Positions 4,501 through 11,166 of a stretch of DNA of 11,350 bases are shown here, in pieces (the first letter of the stretch is position 1; every line of letters begins with the position of its first letter). The DNA lies in contig CAXGWI010000115.1 in NCBI GenBank assembly GCA_964013405.1, positions 1 through 11,350 on the forward strand, given 5' to 3'. This DNA is from an uncultured Myxococcales bacterium (GTDB taxonomy: Bacteria > Myxococcota > UBA4151). The notes below the pieces were generated by a model. That model worked only from the letters and a program-made list of their open reading frames with translations. It was not told where the DNA came from and made no database searches. Both the position numbers and the translations under genes were made by a program.

Positions 4501-7419
4501 CGTCTCGAAGTGCTGCGCATCCTGCAGCAGATCGAGGACGAGCACGGTTTCATCGAGGATGTGGTCGAGGACGATGACCGGTTCCGCTTCCTCAACACGA
4601 TCACGATTGGGGCCATGGAGAAGTGGCTGGAGAAGACCGAGGCACGGGGGGGACATGGCCGCGAGCTGGTCAAAGAGATGCACCGTGAGGTGGCCCGCAA
4701 GATGATCGAGGCCCGAGACAAGGATCTTCAAGTCAAGAATGAGAGTGATGTTCCCCTCGGCCGGATCGCGTTCCATTGCCAGCTCGCAGGTCCGAGCATG
4801 TTGGGGCTCTTTCGAGAGTACACGGCCCAGGCGGCGATCGCTGCGGCTCGGCAGGGAGCCTGGCCCGAGGTCTTTCGGGGTGTAGGCACGTTGGGCACGA
4901 GCTTGAACTGGACAACCTCCCTATTAGAATCTGCAAAAGGTGCCGAGGATGCTGCCGACAAAATAGGTGAGGAGTTGTCGGCTACGGAGCCAGCGAGCCT
5001 GCAGCACCGGCAATGGGGGGATCTGGGCCCGGCCCTTCGCTCCAAGCTCGATCTCGCTTGGGCCCGGGCCTGTCATGGAACCGGCGGCCAAGAGAACCGG
5101 GATCGGGCCCGTCGACTGCTGAAGCCCATTCTTGATGCCGCTGCGGGGGGACCTGCGGGGAGCCCGACGGGGGCCGGCTACGCCTCGTCGACCGAGACCG
5201 AGGCGACACCGGAAGGGAAGCGGCAGTATCCCGACCTTTATCCGGCCTTGGCCCTCTATCTTGAGGTGACCTACGAAGAAGAACAACTCAGTGAGCTCGA
5301 GGCCTTAATCGAAGAGACCCAGGAGTGGCTCTCGAAAGAGGATTGGGGTGACGAACTCTGGCAACTCGCCTGTCGGTTCTATCATGACATGGCCATGCTC
5401 TTTACAGCGGTGCGGGACGACCGGGCAAAGCGTATGTACCAGAAGGCGCATTCGGCCGGGTCCGATGATGGAGCCAAAGCCTCCCAAGAGTTCGATCTGC
5501 GTACGAACTTCCTGGAAAAGTTGCTGCGTTTAGAAAAAGCCTTGGAGGCGCTCCCCTCCGATCGGCGGGGGGACCGGCGCCGGGATCGCCGCCGGGACCT
5601 TTTGCGAGCGAAGATGCTGGCAGCCCAGGCCGACCAGGCCTATCAACTGGCGAAGGTCGCCGGCGATCCGGCCGGGCCCGTCGAGGAGCAGCGCTACAAC
5701 GAGCGCATGGAGAAAGCGCTCGGGCTACTTGGTCAGCACCAAGATCATATCGCCGTGGCCCAACTCTACATGGATCAGGCGGAGCGATTTCTTGAACTCA
5801 GCGACTCGGAGATCGCTCAACGTTATTTGGAGCAGGCCGAGAAAACCCTCACCGAGATCGGCTCAGAAAGCGGCAAGAGCCGGCTTAAGGCTCTGCAGGG
5901 ACGCTGCAAATGGGCCCAGGGAGGCGATGATGCCAAGCTGCGGGCAGAGGCTTTCGAACTCTCGATGGAGGCAAGCAACATTGCGGATGACAAGAGCCGT
6001 GAGCGTGATCAGGTCTTGGCCGGCGCGCAAATGATCGAGTTTATGGAAGAGGACTCCGAGCGTATCGAGGAGGTTAACAAACTCTTTGAATGGTGTGCCA
6101 AGGGCAAAGAGCCAGGCTGCTTGGTGGATAGCGAGGTGTGGAAGGAGTTCCACGAGGGCGACCCCATTCGCACCAGGCTGTACGACTTACTTCGACCTCT
6201 CGATCAGACGGCGCCGGGCTGGGCCTGGATGCTGGGGCTGAAGCTGGCCCAGGCCCAAGCCTGTCAGGGGCGGCGAGGTCAGGAGAATCGTGACCTGGCC
6301 CGGGAATGGCTCTCTGGAGACAATGGCGTCCTGACCGTATTGGAGGCATCGGCACACTGGGAAGACGCCCCCTTTGATCTGTTGGAGCCGGTCAGCCTTT
6401 ATTGCTCCATCACCTACGCGGAGAAGCAGGCCAGTGATCTCGATGAGCTCATCGAGAAGACCGAAGCCTGGCTCGCGGATCCGGCCTGGGGAACACAATC
6501 CGACGGGATGGCGCGGATCGTGACCCGCTTCTATTTGTTGATGGCCAGCGCCTTTCGGGATGAATGGTCGAGCGACCGCCCCCGCAGCGAGATCCTCAGC
6601 GAGCAAATCGAAGGGCTCGCCGAGCTCGAGAAGGACCTCGAGCAAGCGAAGGGGCGTGACCATTATCGGGCCCGTTATCGGGCCCGCATGATCCGGGAGC
6701 GGGCCTGGGCCGAAGTGCGTTTGGCTGAGGACGCGGCGGCGACTGCAGAGGTCTTTAATGGATTGATGGAAGAGAGCCGGGGGCTTAGTGACAACGACGA
6801 GCATCCCGATCTATTGGGCCAGGCTGCGAACTTCTCCATGCGGGGGGACTTTGCCCTCTCCTATGGGAAGAACCATGACGAGGCCCGCAGGCACTTTCGC
6901 AAGACCAGGGAGTTTGCGGACAAAGCCCGCTACGAGGATTCTCGCAGTAAGTTGTATAATCGCCAGGCCCGCTGCGCCTGGTATGACGCCCGTGGCCTCC
7001 AGCGGGGCACCGCCTTCCACCATCAGGTCAACCAGGCCTTTCGCTTAGCCTGGCAAGCCTGGGAGCAGGCGGTCGAGGCGGACCGAGAGCGGGATCAAAT
7101 CCACGCATCCATCAACCTCATGGAGTTTTGGGTGACGCCGCCTGAGTCCCTGGAGCGCGAGGACGTTGTTGCCTATCAGCAGGAACTTCTGGAGCGGGTG
7201 CTGCCATCCAAGACGGAGGAAAGGACCTTGGCTGCGGCGATGGACAAGATGGGCCAAGGGCTCAACGATTCTGACCTATGGAAAGAGATCTATCCCAAGG
7301 ATATCCTACGGAGCCAGGTGCGCAGTTGTCTCGACCATCTGAAGTCGGCTCAAGTGACATGGCCGTGGATCGATGCCGTCGACTCCCTGTTGAAGGAAGT
7401 CGGTGAGCCGGAGGCTTAA
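1597..7419 (+). CDS. Large multi-pass membrane STAND-type (AAA_16 / MalT-like) P-loop NTPase: signal peptide, ectodomain, ~7 TM, NTPase, winged helix, duplicated TPR-like region (~1940 aa)
   Basis: ORF 1579..7419; ATG at 1597 is preferred because GGGAG lies 7 nt upstream and it gives a signal-like MIFALTSLVFSLNA|AEL. There are seven hydrophobic segments at about 2545-3297. Walker A is SVSGVGKS (3505-3528) and Walker B is ILLVFDD-VEQADESS (from 3865). The segments VPKNIYDGVIQRLKALDPEERLVLHCASICGRSF, MHREVA, IAFHCQLAG and YTAQAAIAAARQGAWPEV follow the pattern of adenylate-cyclase/LuxR-associated STAND ATPases. The C-terminus is Ala/Leu/Glu-rich and helical. Confidence 0.88.
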   Translation: MIFALTSLVFSLNAAELQPQLQEEIERAQTWYAWGRDANNPQSFFNRSRDHYARVCDRILRNAGVSAAEVERIKSKASQEDNPGPSHCEVAEQRAVASLSGIAAVARLGFEQSEWRIDNAWDSFRSRYPGVWWLIGEDPTLELVDDKYMNAFGQAWDKLAVGIPLVKVPRLPFIVRCHGRHSICGNYRDELHGATAANPRLHGIPDDRGRQLLGADWDRLIASDDPETGLVVRLGQAMDAPAVMVVDVRVADEFGLPSSSSDEAQYCDLEDGEVPDDCLHVARTYMTYQVTKMAGGKPMAGGEAHGVAVDTTTRTQVRMLWGLFWLLVALGFGLAGGLRAKKRRGQEKTIYAFQLIAAVAAFLVGGFVGWIAGDVSGNFAPDWAELGAVAVPGALEGLPRPGVLLWPIVHGLVVMVGPALLCAFVAIRYLPEWAMAWNTRMDTDVIVPAAQAGAVATLFAPLLAYGVIEPASTAWGLPWELQVAGSIAISAVLTSVWLSRSMMTYLDVENDTTTLEISMLVLGLVLMALLLPLGLFQGRTPESEGWHGLVSLFVSLVAIAGLLGVFSKKPQAEAATDEDAGLAGGGSEGPTFSLNRPLFYSDLQHEVLGDSQRSITVAEELAFLKQEGGLQVLVLESVSGVGKSRTADYLRNEWEQGEHWKSGYGTAQEGDEPYALIQTVLDGVGLTGDLSSQEAQMARSQQLAEASGELINIIPGGGLLTSLTGGGAEEGKSQERIIHDIVRKLNDIGEGEKGENILLVFDDVEQADESSWAVLKGLLAKLKDEDRQGDRALAVVLCVEKSEPTPGSAEASTQTIDTLLKEAFERPKEEAKIADERVLKVKIPKLNVEEVGHLLANAGVDLGPSQREAILDLLHERSREGKAFYILEIVRTLKELGHIVANPDEANRYVFEDVSAAEIDKAVPKNIYDGVIQRLKALDPEERLVLHCASICGRSFSVTNIARGLSRPRLEVLRILQQIEDEHGFIEDVVEDDDRFRFLNTITIGAMEKWLEKTEARGGHGRELVKEMHREVARKMIEARDKDLQVKNESDVPLGRIAFHCQLAGPSMLGLFREYTAQAAIAAARQGAWPEVFRGVGTLGTSLNWTTSLLESAKGAEDAADKIGEELSATEPASLQHRQWGDLGPALRSKLDLAWARACHGTGGQENRDRARRLLKPILDAAAGGPAGSPTGAGYASSTETEATPEGKRQYPDLYPALALYLEVTYEEEQLSELEALIEETQEWLSKEDWGDELWQLACRFYHDMAMLFTAVRDDRAKRMYQKAHSAGSDDGAKASQEFDLRTNFLEKLLRLEKALEALPSDRRGDRRRDRRRDLLRAKMLAAQADQAYQLAKVAGDPAGPVEEQRYNERMEKALGLLGQHQDHIAVAQLYMDQAERFLELSDSEIAQRYLEQAEKTLTEIGSESGKSRLKALQGRCKWAQGGDDAKLRAEAFELSMEASNIADDKSRERDQVLAGAQMIEFMEEDSERIEEVNKLFEWCAKGKEPGCLVDSEVWKEFHEGDPIRTRLYDLLRPLDQTAPGWAWMLGLKLAQAQACQGRRGQENRDLAREWLSGDNGVLTVLEASAHWEDAPFDLLEPVSLYCSITYAEKQASDLDELIEKTEAWLADPAWGTQSDGMARIVTRFYLLMASAFRDEWSSDRPRSEILSEQIEGLAELEKDLEQAKGRDHYRARYRARMIRERAWAEVRLAEDAAATAEVFNGLMEESRGLSDNDEHPDLLGQAANFSMRGDFALSYGKNHDEARRHFRKTREFADKARYEDSRSKLYNRQARCAWYDARGLQRGTAFHHQVNQAFRLAWQAWEQAVEADRERDQIHASINLMEFWVTPPESLEREDVVAYQQELLERVLPSKTEERTLAAAMDKMGQGLNDSDLWKEIYPKDILRSQVRSCLDHLKSAQVTWPWIDAVDSLLKEVGEPEA
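5041..7416 (+). repeat. Internal tandem duplication of a ~380-397 aa helical (TPR-like) module: copy 1 ~5041-6228, copy 2 ~6229-7416
   Basis: Collinear matches: LAWARACHGTGGQENRDRAR / LAQAQACQGRRGQENRDLAR (Cys codons at 5071 and 6262); TYEEEQLSELEALIEETQEWL / TYAEKQASDLDELIEKTEAWL; RFYHDMA / RFYLLMA; KSRLKALQGRCKW / RSKLYNRQARCAW; RERDQVLAGAQMIEF / RERDQIHASINLMEF; LVDSEVWKEF..WAW / LNDSDLWKEI..WPW. Confidence 0.9.
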
Positions 7420-8486
7420 GAACTGCTCTCCGGGAGTTGGCGGACATAGACATCCTGTTGGGGGAAGGGGATCTCGATGTTCGCTTCACCGAAGCGCTTG
7501 TAGACAGCGCAGTTGAGTTGATCGAGGATCGGGCCTCGTTCGCCGGGGTCTTCGATCCAGCACAGCAATTCGAAGTCCAATGAGGAGTCGCCGAAGCTGC
7601 GAAACCGAACCTGAGGTTGGTGCTTCTCCCCGTCGACCTGTTCGTGGTCAGCAGCCACTTGCATCAGAATCTCCCGCACTTGATCGATGTCTGAGCCATA
7701 GGCGACGCCCACCGCAACCCGAAGGCGATGATGGGTCTCTAGCCCCCCGGAAAGATTGGTGACGGTGCTCGCACCCACCACGGAGTTGGGCATCGAGATC
7801 TCGACCCCATCCCGGGTGATGAGTCGTGTCGATCGCAGACCGATGCGCTCTACCCGTCCTTGTTGGCCATCGTCGAGGACGATCCAGTCCCCCTTTTGAT
7901 AGGGCTTGTCTGCGATGATGAAGACACCGGCAAACAAATTGGAGAGGGTGTCCCGGGCGGCGAAGCCGACAGCGATACCGAGCACGCCGGCACTGGCGAG
8001 CCAGCCGGTGGCGTCGATCCCCCAGACACTGATGATCAGGTATGCAGCGCCGGCGACCACCAGCAACTTCACCAAGTTGTCAAAGAGCGGCAGCGTGGTG
8101 GCCGTCATCAAATGGAAGCGCTCTTCCTCGTGGGATGCAGCCTCCACCAACATGCGGCTGGCACTAAAGAGGAAGCGGCTGACGATGATGATGAGCACAC
8201 TGATCAACAAGTTGCTGATAAAGTCCTGCAGCCCCTGATTGGCTCGGGTGCGCAGCACGGCCATCAGGATACCGCCGATGACGATGCATTTGACGATTAC
8301 CGGCTCCAGCAACGCGACGAGCTTATCGTCGAGGTCCGTGCCCTCGGTGGAAGCGGCCCAGCGAACCAGCGTCTTTGCCACCAGCCAACTGATGAGTTTG
8401 GCCGCCAACAGGGAGCCGACGATGATGATGGCGAAACTTGCGTAGGGATTGGCCCAGATCTGCTGGACCACGGGAGGAATGTTCAC
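7416..8486 (-). CDS. mscS: Small-conductance mechanosensitive ion channel family protein (MscS family, N-terminally extended), 356 aa
   Basis: GTG start with AGGAG SD at 8492-8496. Pore-helix-like LASAGVLGIAVGFAARDTLSNLFAGVFIIADKPYQKGDWI, beta domain GRVERIGLRSTRLITRDGVEISMPN, and C-terminal VGVAYGSD, PQVRFRSFGDSSLDFELLCW and IEIPFPQQDV are all MscS signatures. Confidence 0.95.
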   Translation of the reverse strand: MNIPPVVQQIWANPYASFAIIIVGSLLAAKLISWLVAKTLVRWAASTEGTDLDDKLVALLEPVIVKCIVIGGILMAVLRTRANQGLQDFISNLLISVLIIIVSRFLFSASRMLVEAASHEEERFHLMTATTLPLFDNLVKLLVVAGAAYLIISVWGIDATGWLASAGVLGIAVGFAARDTLSNLFAGVFIIADKPYQKGDWIVLDDGQQGRVERIGLRSTRLITRDGVEISMPNSVVGASTVTNLSGGLETHHRLRVAVGVAYGSDIDQVREILMQVAADHEQVDGEKHQPQVRFRSFGDSSLDFELLCWIEDPGERGPILDQLNCAVYKRFGEANIEIPFPQQDVYVRQLPESSS

Positions 8487-8498
8487 GGACGCTCCTAA

Positions 8499-11162
8499 TT
8501 ATCGAACGAAGACGTTGACCGCCGTTAAGTTGCCCCAGTGATCGCCTTGTGACCAGACCTCGTTGTCGCCGTGTTCGCTGCGGGTATAGCCGACTTGGAG
8601 GGTCTCCGCGTCGCCGTTGCACCCGTTCCGGATCGCGATGCGACCGGGCTCGGTATCACCATTCTCGTCACCAGCGAGAACGAGGTGGTTGTAGCTGTCG
8701 TGCCTGGGACTCCCACTGAGATAGGTAATGGACTGACTGCAAGCCCGCCCACCATCGACCATGGATTGGTTGATGAGAGAACGGGCCGTTCGGTTGGCGA
8801 GGAAGTTGTCGCTGGTTCGAACACCGTAGCGCGTTTCATCGACCCGATTCCGTACCATCATGTTGTTGGCCGCCAAGCGTCCATAGGCCGGTGAGACGTG
8901 GTCCTGCCCATGGCCCGGGTCGTTGACTCGAACGTCCTGAACACCGCCATAGCTGCTACGGCCCCAACCCTCACCACCGCTGAAGAAGTTGATGGCTCCG
9001 TCGTTGCGAGAGACCCGGAGGATGAGCGTCCAGCCGCCCCCGTCGGTATCCATCTCACAGTAGGCCTGGAAGGCATCGGCCGTGTCGCCTCCTTCCGGAT
9101 CGATCCAATAGATACCGCTGGTTGCGCCGGGCCGGGCCTCGATCAACTGCAGGCAATGTTGCGCTGGCGCGTTTTGGTTTTGGCCCAGGTTATGGCTGCA
9201 ATCGTTGGTACAGGCGTCGTCCTCGTCGTTGTTCCCGTCGTCACAGTCTTCGACACCGTCCTGGACCAGCCCATCGCCGCAGGCGGCCGCTTCGCAGGTG
9301 TTGAGGCAGGCATCGGTCTCGACCTCATTACCATCGTCGCAGGCCTCGACGCCGGCGTGAACCAGCCCATCACCACAACGAGCTGCGTTGCAATCATTGA
9401 GACAGGCATCGGTTTCAGCGGCGTTCCCATCATCACAGGCTTCCACACCCTCGTGAACCCGTTCGTCGCCGCAGCGAGCCACCGCACAATCGTTGAGACA
9501 GGCATCGGTCTCAATGGCGTTCCCGTCATCGCAAGCCTCCACACCGACTTGGATCTGCCCATCGCCACAGCGGGCGACGTTACAATCACTCAGGCAGGCA
9601 TCGGTATCCACCGCGTTGCCGTCGTCACAGGCTTCCACGCCAAGTTGGACGGCACCATCGCCGCAGCGTGCTTCCACACAGTCGTTGAGGCAGCCATCGC
9701 TTTGGACCCGGTTCCCATCATCACAGGCTTCGCCCGCTTGAACCACGCCATCACCGCAGCGGGGGCTCTGGCAGTTGTTGCGGCAGTCATCGTCGTCCAC
9801 GTCATTGCCATCATCGCAGCCCTCACCGGGGGCTAAAAATCCGTCACCACAGCGAGCGACTCGACAGTCCGGGGTGCAGTTGTCGCCGGCGACCTCGTTG
9901 CCGTCATCACATTCTTCGACGCCTACGTGCACGATGGCATCGCCGCAGCGGGCCTCGGCGCAAAAGGTGGTGCAGGCATCGTGGTCGTTGTTGTTGCCGT
10001 CGTCGCAGGCTTCGTCATTTTGGACGATGGCATCACCGCAGCGGGCCCGGAGACAGGCGTTGCTGCAGTCGTCATCGTCGATGCGGTTGCCGTCATCGCA
10101 TTCTTCCGCACCGGCTCGGACGATCTGGTCACCACATTGGGCGAGACGACATGTATTGGTGCAACCGTTGTCATTCACACCATCGCCATCGTCGCAGTCC
10201 TCGTAGCGCTCATCTTCCGGTTGGAGATCCTGGCGAAGGACGCCATCGCCGCACCGGGCTTCGGCGCAGCTGGACAGACACCCGTCATCCTCCATGAGAT
10301 TGCCGTCGTCGCAAACTTCGCCGGCCTGCAAGATGCCGTCGCCGCATTCGGCTGGTCGGCAGTCGTGACAACTGTCCTCGGCGACCTCGTTGCCGTCGTC
10401 ACAGCCTTCACCGGGCCCCTGGATACCATCACCACAGAAGTTGGGTTGGCAATCGCTTTTGCAGGCATCTGTGTCGTTGTCGTTGCCGTCATCGCAGGCC
10501 TCATAACCGGGCTCATCCTCGCTCAGTCCCCGGCGCAACACGCCATCGCCACAGCGCGCTTCTCGACAGTCGTTTCTGCAGGCATCGGTCTCCGCCTGAT
10601 TGCCATCGTCGCATTCTTCACCGGGCTGAACGAGCCCATCGCCACAGCCGGGCAATTGGCAGGCGTTGGTACATTCGTCTTCATCACTGTCGTTCCCATC
10701 GTCGCAGGCTTCGATCCCCACTTGGAGCAAGCCGTCACCGCATTCGGCCGGGATGCAGCCCGCAACACAGGCATCTTCATCGTTGTCGTTGCCGTCATCA
10801 CAGCGCTCGAAGCCTAACTCGCCCTCACCCAGGTCGCTGCGGACCACGCCGTCACCGCAGCGGGCGAGCATGCAGTTGTTGCGGCAGGCGTCCTGATCGA
10901 CGGTGTTGCCATCATCGCATTGCTCGGCGCCCTCAGCTTGAGGATCGAGATCGGTTCGGGTGATGCTGTCGCCACAGCGGGCCAAGGCGCAGCCATCGGT
11001 ACAGGCGTCTCCTGGCTCTTTGTTGCCGTCGTCGCAGGTCTCATCGGCCTCAATCTCCCCGTTGCCGCATTCACTGGGGATGTCGCGGACGACGACCTGC
11101 TCGCCGGGACAGGCGGTCATCAGAAAGAGAAAAGCGAGAAAGGGCGTTTGTGCTTTCAACAT
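8499..11162 (-). CDS. Cys-rich repeat (DUF4215 / Myxococcus cysteine-rich repeat) lipoprotein with C-terminal fibrinogen-like YCDxxxxGGGW domain, 887 aa
   Basis: The likely start is ATG at 11162 (MLKAQTPFLAFLFLMTAC|PGEQVVVRD, lipobox Cys18), 4 nt after the upstream gene's stop and matching the paralogue at 790. There are 19 CG(D/N)..CDDG..C...C repeats. The head domain contains APAQHCLQL..SGIYWIDP..FQAYCEMDTDGGGWTLI (motif at 9027-9062) and ends in VNVFVR*. Confidence 0.93.
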   Translation of the reverse strand: MLKAQTPFLAFLFLMTACPGEQVVVRDIPSECGNGEIEADETCDDGNKEPGDACTDGCALARCGDSITRTDLDPQAEGAEQCDDGNTVDQDACRNNCMLARCGDGVVRSDLGEGELGFERCDDGNDNDEDACVAGCIPAECGDGLLQVGIEACDDGNDSDEDECTNACQLPGCGDGLVQPGEECDDGNQAETDACRNDCREARCGDGVLRRGLSEDEPGYEACDDGNDNDTDACKSDCQPNFCGDGIQGPGEGCDDGNEVAEDSCHDCRPAECGDGILQAGEVCDDGNLMEDDGCLSSCAEARCGDGVLRQDLQPEDERYEDCDDGDGVNDNGCTNTCRLAQCGDQIVRAGAEECDDGNRIDDDDCSNACLRARCGDAIVQNDEACDDGNNNDHDACTTFCAEARCGDAIVHVGVEECDDGNEVAGDNCTPDCRVARCGDGFLAPGEGCDDGNDVDDDDCRNNCQSPRCGDGVVQAGEACDDGNRVQSDGCLNDCVEARCGDGAVQLGVEACDDGNAVDTDACLSDCNVARCGDGQIQVGVEACDDGNAIETDACLNDCAVARCGDERVHEGVEACDDGNAAETDACLNDCNAARCGDGLVHAGVEACDDGNEVETDACLNTCEAAACGDGLVQDGVEDCDDGNNDEDDACTNDCSHNLGQNQNAPAQHCLQLIEARPGATSGIYWIDPEGGDTADAFQAYCEMDTDGGGWTLILRVSRNDGAINFFSGGEGWGRSSYGGVQDVRVNDPGHGQDHVSPAYGRLAANNMMVRNRVDETRYGVRTSDNFLANRTARSLINQSMVDGGRACSQSITYLSGSPRHDSYNHLVLAGDENGDTEPGRIAIRNGCNGDAETLQVGYTRSEHGDNEVWSQGDHWGNLTAVNVFVR
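9198..11069 (-). repeat. Coding tandem array of 19 four-Cys acidic repeats (30-32 aa short units and 39 aa long units)
   Basis: Counted from the translation. Long units with an R-x-x-L insertion are repeats 2, 3, 6 and 9. The 11-mer CAGGCATCGGT recurs with an exact 96-nt period at 9307, 9403, 9499 and 9595. Confidence 0.92.
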
Positions 11163-11166
11163 CGAA

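Noticed and set aside
1597..7419. Assigning a named defence system (Avs1-5, bacterial NACHT) or malT
   Set aside because: There is no nuclease, protease, SIR2, TIR or LuxR domain, no NACHT-specific motifs were recognised, and there are no defence-island neighbours in the window. Only the general STAND class is supportable.
1534..7489. Numerous short alternative-frame and antisense ORFs inside the large STAND gene (e.g. 1534..2172, 6187..6804)
   Set aside because: They lie within or almost within a well-supported long CDS, show no recognisable domains, and are expected at this GC content.
7860..8498. Plus-strand 212-aa acidic ORF
   Set aside because: Antisense shadow of the mscS transmembrane region with no independent motif.
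8898..10817. Long plus-strand ORFs 8898..9836 (312 aa) and 9927..10817 (296 aa) with hydrophobic periodicity
   Set aside because: They are antisense to the repeat lipoprotein. Asp/Asn/Gly codons read as Val/Ile/Ala on the other strand, and stops are rare in GC-rich DNA.
9198..11069. Periodic nucleotide repeats considered as a CRISPR array or a DGR template/variable repeat pair
   Set aside because: The units are in-frame coding repeats with synonymous variation. There is no constant repeat with unique spacers, no evident adenine-specific mismatch pattern, and no cas or reverse transcriptase gene in the window.
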